Shown here: positions 27,501-40,151 of the stretch, in pieces
Numbering within the stretch: the first letter of the stretch is position 1
Layout of the letters: every line of letters starts with the position of its first letter
Assembly (NCBI RefSeq): GCF_964204645.1
Contig: NC_134026.1
Span: forward strand, 3,681,950-3,745,949
DNA length: 64,000 bases
Direction of reading: 5' to 3'
Source: Tubulanus polymorphus
Lineage: Eukaryota; Animalia; Nemertea
Notes under the pieces: generated by a model
What the model was told of the DNA's origin: nothing
What the model saw: the letters and a program-made list of their open reading frames with translations, nothing else
Database searches by the model: none
Made by a program: the position numbers and the translations under genes

Positions 27501-30500
27501 AGCGCGCAACTTAAGAGCATAGTCGTTATCCCACAGCGAAACTAGAATTATCTTTAATGACACAAACAATACAAACAATGGAATTATTTCATGAAAAATG
27601 ACGGGTTCACGACGCACAAAAACCTGCGCCTATTTTCGCAGATTCGCCGCTCGCCGAACGTAAACCGGTCGCCTCTCGGTCGTTTTATGGACAACAAACG
27701 CAGATCGGAAACTGATAAGCCAACTGGAGTCGACGCGGAAACAATACGCTGGGCTTTTACCATAAAAATTGTCACCATTAGATGTGCGTGAAAGCAAAGA
27801 AGATATGCACGGACCATGTGTCGACAAACCGGGCCATCAGAATTTTGAAATCTGGCAAGATGCAAGCGCGCTGTTCTTTCTCTTTCTTAGTTAATTTTAC
27901 GATCAAATTTTAGGTGAAATTAATTAAAAAAGCAGATGGCCTCGTATCCCATATCGATTTATATCGATAACCTACACGCTACTCTATCATTCTTCAAATT
28001 TAGATCTAAAAATTCTTAGTTCTTTCTATCAAAATTTTCTTAGCGAAGTTGGTAAGTTTTTGAAATGCCAGTTGAAAATTACTTCGAAATATCGAATGTG
28101 AACTTCAAAGATTTAACAATCGATGAGAAATTCATCATAATAGAGTTGGACCCATGAGACATTTGGGATCATCAACGACGGACGTCAAAAAGAGCAAAAC
28201 AGTTGATGATAATTGTTTCTCAATTAGCAGGAATAACGAAATAGACGTAAACTCTAAGCCAGGTACGCAGCGCTGTCTAATTAGCCTTCGTAGAATATTG
28301 AACAGCTCCGGGCCTCAAATATACTGAGTTTGGCGAAGACCAATTAAAGAACTGCGATTCGTCGCCACGGCAATCGATAAATTAATAATAAGGAAAAATA
28401 TGGGAAATAGGAGCGACGGCGATCAAACAAAAGCAAACGGTGAAATCCAATCAACATAAGACATAAGATGTGAGCGGTATGATCCGTTACTGGTGTGTCT
28501 GATTGGTGTAGACTGAGGATCGGGATTGTAAAGTATCCGACGTATTTATCCTGCGTTTGATGTTCGTCAGAAAATAATCACAGCGTGTGACTGACACAAA
28601 AACCATGGTCGCAACGATCACAGATTTACAAAGACTTTTCCCGGTGAAAACAAGCCGTTATTGCACTTAGACCTGCGATGTAGAGGATTGACGTCGGCGC
28701 TACGTTGTTCAATGCAACTTTCATAATCATCTGACAGTTTCACCTGAGCTGGCTACGTTATCCTAATCCTCCGTACGCGGGAACAGGAAAGGAACCGGAG
28801 GTTAGACGACGTGTCCTCAAAGAGCGAGAAAAAGATCAATGTACTATATCGAAATATGAATAAGGCCATTTTAGTGCGTCAGAAGAAAGGCATTCGAACC
28901 TTAATGTCAGAAAAATTGAAAGTTTATTGACATAAATGGTCAAAAATTGTGTATCTCAGCAATATATAGAAACAATGAAATTAAATTCCGATTTAGGGAT
29001 CTAGAACCGAAGGTATCGAGAGGTATTCTTCAAACGAATAAGTTTTGGTTGAATATAAACTAAATTTCAATTTCCAATCCGGTAAGTTCTTTAAGTAAAG
29101 TTAATAGGCGCACCGATGACCATTTCTAAGTTGGGCTGAAAGGTCTTACTGGCATAACTGGTGAATAAATGAGTTTTTACTGTCAGTTAGTAGCATGAAC
29201 ATAAATGTATATATCCCCAATTTATCCAACTGAAAAAGAAATTAGAAACTATTTAGGCTCGTATATCGTTTTTGATTCAATAAAACAAACGGCAGACAAG
29301 AGAAATCAATGCAGTTTTCATTCATACCGCTCGTCTGTCAAACTTTATATAATAAACGTATGGAGATAATATAATTAAGCGTGATATTAAAGGAAATCAG
29401 AATGTAGATATGGATACATATCACGAGTATATAGACATATCTGCTGCGAGCTTTTTGATGTGAAAGGATATTGCTCGGGGTTATATAAACCTATTGATAA
29501 TCGTATTAAGATGAAAACCATTCCGGTCTCTCTGGGAATTTTCATGCAATGCACCGATTTTGACATGAGTTATCATAATTTTTTGTGATTTCAAGCACAA
29601 TGGTTATAACATCCGCGCACAGCTATGCCTTACAATAAACAACTATACGAAACATCAAAGATGATATCCTCTGGGCATTGATTGGCCAATTATGATCACT
29701 TCTGATCGGCGAGCTTGAAATAAGGTCTTACCAAGAAACCATCAACGAGTTCACCTTTTCAATTCAGCCTTAAAAAGAAAAACTTCTTATCAAATGAAAT
29801 CATTCAGCCGATACCTTACGAACTCGATAATAGTCAATTGATCTGAGAAATGTTTTGCGCGAAAAAGTATTTCGAAATCGTTTTTGAATTCCGACCACGC
29901 AGAATGCAACATTCCACGGCGCGGAGAACGTAAAAAAAACTGGGCTAATATGATAATGAAGCCTGGCGTCTTATATCGCCACTTCGTAAGAACTTGCAAG
30001 GGTTTGGCTGGCGGCCATGACAGCGCGTACTTACCGAACGGTCTGTTTTATCGCGCTATATTACAGATTTAGTAACCGATGCAACAATGTAAAGTGGCGC
30101 AGGTTTAACGTAACTGTCGAGTTTTTCCGGGAGGTTTCGCATTTCGCACGCTGATAACAGCAATCGGGGGTATTGAAGACAAGGGCTAGCGGGGCTAACG
30201 GGGCTAACGGGGGCATAACTTTATGATTGAGGGTAAACAGGCCATCCGGGCTGTTGCCATGACGACTGATATGTTTTAATCGCACCTCTTCGCTTCGTCA
30301 TACTTGAAGATATGCATATATTTTCTGACATTTCGTCAGATTATGATGCAAATAGCTGTATTGACTTAAGAGATATGTCAATCAATGGAGATTGTTACAG
30401 TCATATAAAAAGTTGTACTTGTAACAAAATACATGCAGCATTCCTGGGTGGCTCCACCTAGGAAATGAGATATATAAAACCGTCCCAAAACTTTGCCGGT

Positions 30501-33500
30501 AATACAATTGGTCGGGATCTTGAGGTTATAAAGTAAATATACGTTGAGTCCATCAAATACAACTCAAGCAGTGGAATAGGGACATCTCCCGGGTACAGCG
30601 AACATAATGTAACAGCCCGGAAAGCCCGCTTACCCTCATAATGTGACATACATTCAAATCACAAAATAATAGAAAGTAAAGGCCGCCGCACACGAGCGAA
30701 AATTGCGAGCGTACAGTGCGCGCAGCGAGCGTGGAATCCATCGCACACCTGGCGGAAAGTTCACTCAACAATCGAGCTGCGTCAAGCGTGTATGTATCAC
30801 ATGTAAAATGATTCTAAAACATATTTGACCGTGACGAAATCACATTTCGTAGTATTCATAATGTACATTTCAATGAAAAATCAGCCCATCCAGTGCCTCG
30901 GGTTACTGGATATTTGGTCGTAAAACAGCTGGGCACTGCCGAGCGATCAGGCTCTATGATTTCCATATTCAAGTCAGATTAGTTGTTCCAACTCCAGCTT
31001 CTCAGGATTACACCCTCGCCCACGGCAGCCAACCCATACAACCATACCCCAAAAAATTGCGCTGGGGTGGGGGGAAATAACCAATCACCATAGATTTCTG
31101 GCGAATGGAAAACGCGCTGGAAGAATCACCCGCACACAGGACGCCTCGTGTGTGCCTTCGAGGCATCGTTTATCAAAATTCAGTTTTTAGATTCAACCTT
31201 GAGCAAAGTTCACGAAGTTATTCAGTCTATGTATATATACATAAACATGATTGATTTTAAACGCCGTAATTTCAATTTCATCGAAATAATGGAGATACGT
31301 ATTTATGATCGCATATGGACGACAAGCGCCCCCGATGTGATTCATTTACAACTGGAACATGTCAGATTCCAGCTTTTACATATTATCGAGACGAGTTTAT
31401 TGCCAATCCCGTTCAACAAAAATCGCTCGATCCTACGAATCTAATCGAATCACGCTACCATAAACCAGACCGCGTTCACCACAAACACCAATTAACAGCT
31501 AATAACGCTATGTACGAGGCATCGGTGACATATGACTAAATTACAACCCGCACACGCTGCTCTTCCGCACCCGAATGTCCGACTATCCGCGTTAACAATG
31601 CGGTAACTAAGCGACTGCATTTTGTAAGCGATGATGTTTCTAATTCAATTTCGGCCGAGAAAATACACAAAACAGAGTGGTGAATATGGCAAGTACGGCA
31701 GACGGCTTGCGTAATTACGAAATAATATCGCGCTGTCATCGTCAATTCGAGTTTGATGGAAAGCAGATGTCCAGCGTAGTAAATTTTTTCGTCAACGCTT
31801 TCCGCTCGTAGACAGTGTACCCTCTCGCATAGCAACCGACCGTAACGGAACGATGAACGTCGCCTAGTCATTGTCATTATTGCGCTGAAATTGTTGCCCG
31901 TAAAGATCGTGCGCTTATTTTTTTTCAAAGATGACGGGTTGCAGCAATTTCCGACCGAATTTCGATTGATAATAATCATGCAGCATAAACACGGTCCAGA
32001 AACAATTCGCCTGAATTAGCAGTCGGGCTGCATGCAATCCTCAACACAACGAGACAATGTTTGTTTTAATGAAGTCATTTGAGACTTCAGTATAATAGAT
32101 TTGAAAATTTGACACAAAGGTTTAAAATAAATCATCATTGCAGATCTTACAGTATTTTGATTTCGTTAGTACATGTAGTTTCTTGGGATGAAGTCTCAGA
32201 AGAATGTGTGCAAAAAAGAGAAGAATTCATCTAACTTTTGCCCTGTTGGGCAATCATCAACATTTACGACTATGAGTTCGTAAAACAGGAAATTGATCAG
32301 GCTCCACAGTCTGCGCGGTGACCACAGCATATTAAATAGGACAAGTGAAATAGGACAGAACCGTAGAGGAAGTTATGACAAGGATGTGAGGTTAAATGAG
32401 TTGATGAGGCAGAGAAGTTGACAGGGAAACTGGTCACGTTGACACAGACTGTTAAACTCTACTATGCGGATTCGGACTTTTGTTTACGACTCTGATGTGA
32501 TTTGGGAGCAAATTTCCGTTCGTCAACAGAAGCAACGCAAGCAACTCATTACAGCAAATAACACGTCAACAACTAACACACAACTATCCCGTAGTGCCGC
32601 TGCACTCCAACCATCAACGGATTAAATCTTCTCAAGAAATTTTGATTTGAACAAGAATATCTTCAAAACGTTTTTGAATATTGTAAAAGGGGTTTTCAAG
32701 GCTATGTTTTTCCTCTCCTTGACACAAGCTGATGACTAAACCACTGGTCAAAGTGGAACATCCGGGCCTTCCAAAACATATAAAGATGTCATAGTAAATA
32801 GATTACTTCACTTACTCAAATAATCTAATTTTTAGAATTGCAGTAAAATTACGCAATTCTGCGTTATAAAGAATAAAATTTCCATTTGATTGAGGGAATT
32901 TGTTCTCTGAAAAAAAAAACGTTGACGTTAAGTGAGCACTGGCATTAAAAGGGTAACGGGCTTTGACTGTACAATTGACATGAAATCTTGTTCGTGATAA
33001 AACCTATTTACAGATTGCCAGTTCTGGGAAAAAATCTACGAAATGGAAAAATATATATACATAATTGTGACCGTATAATGAAATTCAGCGTTATAACTGA
33101 ATTACACAATATAACAATTTGGCGTTTATGAGTTGAGCGAAATCGTCTGCGAGCCACGTCAGACGTGCTTCATCTTCGCTAATTTAATAAAGTCGACTCC
33201 TAACCATTCGATTAACTATTCCGATGATGAGAGTAAAGTATTTTATAATGGCTCGAGCGGTGCCACGGTTTGACAGCCGCACCACGCGTACATTACATTA
33301 CGGGGTATATTTGTCATGTAGTGATTGTTTAAGCGCGCGGTCCCTCGAGATCAGAGCATTTCAAGATTGAAAATCAGTTCGCTTCGGTTAAATGGGCGCG
33401 ATAATGAAATTAATCTGCCCGATATTTTCATGGAGCAGAATTCAGAAAAAAATGTACTTAAAGTGAAAGAGCCACTTTACGTGAAATACAAGTACTGATC

Positions 33501-36500
33501 CGGAGCGTAGTACAAGCGGTCCGAACCATAATCAAAATATTGAATGCCTTTTCGTTAGAAGTGAAGCATCGTTGGTGGAATTGCCTGATACCAAGTTGTA
33601 CTGTGATCTAATGATTGCCCATTGATTCAATCACCCTGAATAGCGTAGGCTTTTTGATTTTAAAGCATCGTTACCGAATAAAATCGTGCAAATCATTTCA
33701 CATAGTATGAAAAGTCTATTTCAGGCTCAAATGTCATCTCTGTCGTTTTAGAATATGTACAGCTAATAAAATACAAGAAGGGCGAATTAAACAAACCGCC
33801 TATGACAAAGTTAGAATATACGGCATATTGTGATAACTGCCACTTTTCTGTTTATGGATCAGGCAGGTGCCCAAACGAGAGCTGAAGATCAAATATAATT
33901 AATCATCATCAAAGGATATCCGATGCACGTAAAGCTCGAAATATATTTACTCAATATAATCGTTGTCGATATGTATAGGGATGGTTGTGGTTGAATTCTT
34001 TTTTTAACTGGTCACGAAAAAGCCCCTAGCATATGTGCGATACTATATAGCATTCAACTGCAATCGCTGATGCATTTGAAATAATTAAACTCATTCAATT
34101 CGTGAGTTAATTGACTCTTACGTCCATTACGTATATCTTTAATCATGGTCTTTATCATCTAGATACTAATTTTATATTTTTGTCATATATTTCGTTACAA
34201 GATGCTAAGTTCATTTAGAGTAAATCCATTTCAGGGTATCCTATTGCCACTACTCTACAAATAGCAAGCAGTTGAACATTTTACGATACCGGTACTACTA
34301 TAATTCTTTATATATTGAGAGAAATCTAAGATTGCACATTGAAAGTAACGCATTCGCTCTATGACAAAAGGATGCGAGGGATTCAAGTTTGAATAGAAAA
34401 TGTTTTTCAGAGATGTTGGAGAAATATTCGTCAAAAATGCCTCGACTACAGACATATCGATCAAAGTGGCAAATTGGACTAATCCCATTAAAATGACACG
34501 GGTATCCGCAGTCTCGCCGTTATTCATAATGACATCATCAGGACATTCAAAGCCCAACAAATAACCTAATAAAAACAGTTACAAAAAGGCTAACAATACG
34601 AGCCCTACGGGCGAATATTGGCGTAGAAACGAGGGGAAAGACACATGAACCGGGGCACCGTCGAAGAATACCGCGTTAGACGAGGCTAATTCATTCACAT
34701 CACTAGCGATATTGTCTTTGTACCGTTCTCAATCTCAACTGCAACATCAGACAAAGCGTTTCTGTTCGCAAGGTGTGCCTTTGACAATCCGCTTCGACCT
34801 GCGACCGGATATCACTACAATCCGGACAAACACTAGCGCCACATGGAGGCAATGTCGACGTTCGGCCGTTAAACGGCTTTACGAATGTGAAATCCACCGG
34901 AATCATTCTCCATTATGCGCATCTAATAGACCTTAAATTACCTGGTTGTAACAATGCTCCTCAATTGCCACCAGCTTCGGGTATCATTCGCCGCGTAGGA
35001 CATTTCGCTAAATCCTACAGATGCTCGACGTTAAAGAGACGGTAAAAAATAACAGAAGTATCTAAAGAAATTACAAGGCGCTAAAACATTAATGAGAGGG
35101 TCACCGTCAATGGATTTAGGGTGTTAATAACACGGTCCCTCCTATTACCTTTCAGCGTCAGCTATGCAAAACAGTGGATTATAATAAACACTGTTCAGCG
35201 ATTAAAGGAGATATATTAGCAAGCAGCTGCTCTAAACATCGCTGTCAATCTCAAATACCCTTTCAAATTTAAAACTGAAACTGAAAAATGTGAACTCAAA
35301 ACATACAGATTTAACGCATTGTTATCAAGAGAAATGAGCTTTTGTTTCTTGAAAATGTGATGCACAATTTCTCGTGACATCAGACATCAGAAGATCATGA
35401 AGGTAATCATTAACCTGTCGTATTCGAGCTACTGACGAAGTCCAGTTGTGATTGCGATGTTACCAAAAAAAAAGTTACTGAGTAATCTTCTTCGAGGCTT
35501 GATTGTCAAAATCACCTCCTTTAAGCCGTGGGTTGCCGGGAACGGACGAGATAATTGCACAATTTTACTGCATCTTCAGGTTAAATATTTATTACTAAAG
35601 ACAATATAATAACGTTTCTGCGGACCTAAGTGGCTTAATTTCTAGTCGCGGCTGCCAGAGAACAAATAACTATCGCTGAACGGTAATAGTTCGCGATGTC
35701 ATTAGTGGCGGCGAAATCGGTGCTGTCAACGGTAACACAACATTACATCAACGTGTGCGCGGCCAATTTCGACAAATCTTCTCATAACCGACGCAGAAAC
35801 AGCAGATCTCCCGCTGAAATTACCCCAGCGACGAATCACGGCGTTTCGTGCCATTCTATTTAATGGAGCAAGACGCGCCGGATGATTTGACTAATTTCGG
35901 CGGTCTTCGGCTCGAAATCTCACGACGTATTTGACTAACGTTTAGGGCAATTCGACCAGGAAGTTAAACAAATTAGACGACGTATTTACGTCAATCAAGA
36001 CGGAGCCACCCTCGACCGTATCCTGTGCGAGATGTTTTCGGATTACCGTCATAATTAGTCGTCGATGTCAAATTGTCTTTAATGGTAGAGCCGTCATCCT
36101 GTTCGCAGACGGAGATCAACGGAACACGACAGGAGATAGAACAATCACTTTCTCTGTGATTTTCAGTGATGATCAAACGAACGCGGCTTCAATACGAATA
36201 CTTCAATCCCCGCCCGGCAAATAATGATCCCTTCGCAGCTCGCTTTCAACAAACATTATTTTTTACCCCCTCGTCGGCACAGTTATGGGTGACAACAATG
36301 GCTGAAAAGATGCCATTGTTGACAGGTATTCACCGGTCTTGATTAACTAATCGTGGGTAGCCGAACAGCTCGGCCTTTAATCTTTAACGTACAGTCTGTT
36401 GATTATTTTTGTGTTCAAAAGAATCCGTCAATGCCACGAGAGAATCCCACCATCTTCAACCGGGAGTATACATTTCCGATGAGAGTGATTAGAACAGCCA

Positions 36501-39500
36501 GTACATGTGTGGGTACCTACTACCGAAAATAATGATTTCTGAGTTAACACACCAGAGAACAGCTTTGGTAAAAAAGAAAGATAATAACTTCTACATATTA
36601 TGACTATATCGTAGTTTTTCGCTAACATTTCGGTCATCTCAACTTCTGTCTCAAAGACAAGATGCATAATAAAAACAGAAACTGAAATGATAATTGGACT
36701 TTGACATCAATTTACTTTTATGTATAAGACTTATATATACTTATTGTGGACTTTCAGGGCTTCAGGGGTCAGCTGCATAGTCACGGCTTAGACTTAAAAC
36801 CAGTCTATAAGACCAACTTAGTTCTATAGCCAAGCTAACTACTTAAAACCAAGACCAATTTTTGGCCCGAAGTTACTACTGCGCAACCAACCCCAAGACT
36901 CTTCGCCAAGAACAAGTATACGGATAATGGATTGGATATTCACGGATGGACTGTTTTCGAACATTCGAATCCACATCTCATCGAAAACTGAAAAGAATCC
37001 GAGCGATAAATCAGCTGCGTTTATCGACGCGAAATCTTGTCGCATGAGACGCAGGAATCGTCAGAAATTTGTCACAGCCGACATTTCAACTGCGATCGAA
37101 CGCACGCGAAGTTTCCGACGAGGGAAGATCGGCCGGGATGATAAAAACCAGTAAACTATCACACGTACTCTCGACAGTGACAGATTTTACGGGTCGCGTT
37201 CACGGGTTGCCGGGCAATGACGTCGCATTGTTGCTATCTGGTGCAATCGTTTTCCACGATGTCGAATCGTTGATCGACGCTGCCGTTATTTCGGAGACAA
37301 CCACGAGGTGATTAGGGGGTCAGATCGACAAGACGATCGCACAAAAAGATGATACTCCCATCACCGACCAGACATCATCCGAAATGAATAACGACAATGC
37401 ACGCTTAATGGCAAATACCAATCCTAATGGGTTTAATCTTTGATTGAGCAAGAACCAGCGACCGCATTGTTACATTTATGGGTAAAAATGCCCCTGTAAA
37501 CCTATTATATTATCAGGTGCCTGCTGAACTTTGAGGTCCTGCAGTAGATTATCATTGGTCGGAAATGCTTTTTACGACTGACACTAAATTTGCTGATTTG
37601 CCGAGCAAATGGTCAGACATGACTATTTTATTCCGGCCGGGCCAGAAACGTTCAGACAAACACGGTACAAGACCGTAAAACAGTCTAGCACACCTATTAC
37701 TACCATAACCCGGCGTAATAGCATGTATCCATATTCATTATTGACCCAATAACGACTGCGCATTCGTTAACAGTCGCGGTGAAATCACCGAAAGTGCCAT
37801 TCTCTCCCTCCCAATGTATAAATTTTTAAACCTTTTCCGGCCATAATTTGCGACGGGTTCATATCGCATGCAACCTTAAGTGACGGTTCTCTCGAATAAA
37901 CGTGCGGGCGAGGCATCTTCGCAAATTGATTTTGACGTAGGCATAAAACATAGAATCTCGAGAGCATAATTGCCTGATTTACTAACGCATCGCGTCAGGC
38001 ACAACGTTTCCGAAGTTATTTCGAGTTATAATGGCCAACTGTCCTCTTCAATTTCTCTGCCGATCTGGTTTCGTATGAAAGATGCGCGCATAACGCGCCA
38101 CATTTGTCGTTAGAGGACAGACAAATTAACGCAAATACGAACCACAACCCCATTAACAAGCGGCAAATAAAGCGATTACTGTAACGCAACCTTTGAAATG
38201 CGCCGTTACCGACCGTTGACAAAAGTTCAAATATTTTAGTCCGCGTCATAAAATCTGCATTAAATCCATCACGAGCTCGAAAATAATCTATCACCAATTT
38301 AAAGCCGGGATTGTGGAAAAGAATTGACGATGGCAACAACTAATATCTTTCAATCGCAGACAAAACAAAGGTGGAAACAGCGAGAAACGATAGAAAGTAT
38401 AAAAAGAATGGATATCAATATCTATCATGTCTAGCTTGAAGGATTTTCACCAAATCTTAACATATATATCAGAAACTATGATCAGTATCGACACAGATAC
38501 AAATTCTGAGTAAAATTCTAGCTAACGAAGATCCCGGGTATATAAGTTGTCATAATCTGAGGGGATTTATGGATTTACTTGAAACCCAAGCGAGTAATTG
38601 TCATAATCATACGAGATATATAGAATTACAATAACACCGTGTGACACGGTGAGGTTACACCCTGAACCATCGGCGGGTCACCTGCGGCAGGCCACGTTCG
38701 TCATAGCTGTTAAAACTGTCGGGTGCACGACGCGCTGATACCGGTCCGGCTAATAAACGTGCTAGGATGGTCACACCCATCACTGATCAGACGGATTTCG
38801 ATACCATAAATAGAAAAGTACAAACCACAAGTAAACAACTTTAACGAGTATACGCAGCAATTTGATACTGAAAACGATACTGAGTTTAAACCCGTATCAA
38901 TGTGCACTAAAATCGGGTAATCAATAGTCCATTAGCACTACAATGAAAGGACAAAATGATCGCCAGTTAGTCTCTGGAAAAATGCTCAACAGTTTAATAT
39001 TTTCAACAACGCGTACTATAATATTATTTTGTATTTACGGATAGAATATACATAGATTTTTCAATCGTCGCTTGAAAACAGGAAAAAACACGGAAACATT
39101 GTTTCCCGAAACCATATTTCTCGTTTCTCGTAAATGCACACGACACATGGAAACGTTCGTGTTTGTCTCCTGTTTCCATGATTCCACATCTTTACATTGC
39201 CTGATCGGAAAAGAGAATCAAAATTGCACCGGCATGGCTAATTCTGATTAAAACCTTTACTACGATCCGACCGATCGAACATCGATCGATTACGGAGTAT
39301 TCGCCTTCTTGTGCATTTCTGATCATAGAAAAAAAAGTTGGTAACCAGAGGTATCTATTTAAAAGAGAAAGAGGCAAAGCCCGGCGGCGACAGAAGTTAG
39401 AATTACATGGTATAATTCAAATTATATTAGATCAAGCACGTTATTGTTAGATGGTTACAACCAGAATTAACAATAGAACCAACTATTGTAGCATACATCA

Positions 39501-40114
39501 ATGAACAATTATAACAATAGAATCGCAGTACTAGCATTTCATGTACCTTAAGTGCACAATTACCACTCACCGCAAAAAATATAACGCAAGCCGCGAGCTA
39601 CGATCCGGTTTCACATTCGAGAAATACCGGTAACCACGGCCCGCGCAATTCTGCACCCAATTAAATACTCATTTTGAAACCCAAACAAACAGTCAACCAG
39701 CATGGGACCTTCGTACAGAGACAAATTTGATATTTGACTAATTGGAATTCGTTCATTCAAATCTTATACGTATAGCAAAAGATAAGCAGATCGGAGAACT
39801 TACCTCGCAGTTATCGCCGAGTGGCAGCGCGTGCGTACTTCATTTCGGTGTAACTTAAACCGTCAATACCGGCAAACTCACTGTTACAACATGATCATCA
39901 ATATATTTCAATTCAAGTATGAAGAAATCAAAGCAGCACGCAGGTTGACAGCAGAACATCGAGCCTAGCTCCGGGTCACAGCGGCAATCTATTCGTCATA
40001 CGATCTGGCTGAAATTTTGAACTAGATGCTTTTGGAAGATTGACATATCTAAGAGGATGTCATTAAACGCATGATTCAATATTGTGATGAATGATATAAT
40101 GTTATCTATCCGAG

Positions 40115-40118
<4 letters not shown>

Positions 40119-40147
<29 letters not shown>
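40119..40147. repeat. (AT)n microsatellite
   Basis: Run of ~14 AT dinucleotides. Confidence 0.9.

Positions 40148-40151
<4 letters not shown>

Noticed and set aside
33066-33110. miR-2001-like sequence TTGTGACCGTATAATG
   Set aside because: Indel and divergent 3' end relative to the conserved mature sequence; hairpin poorly paired
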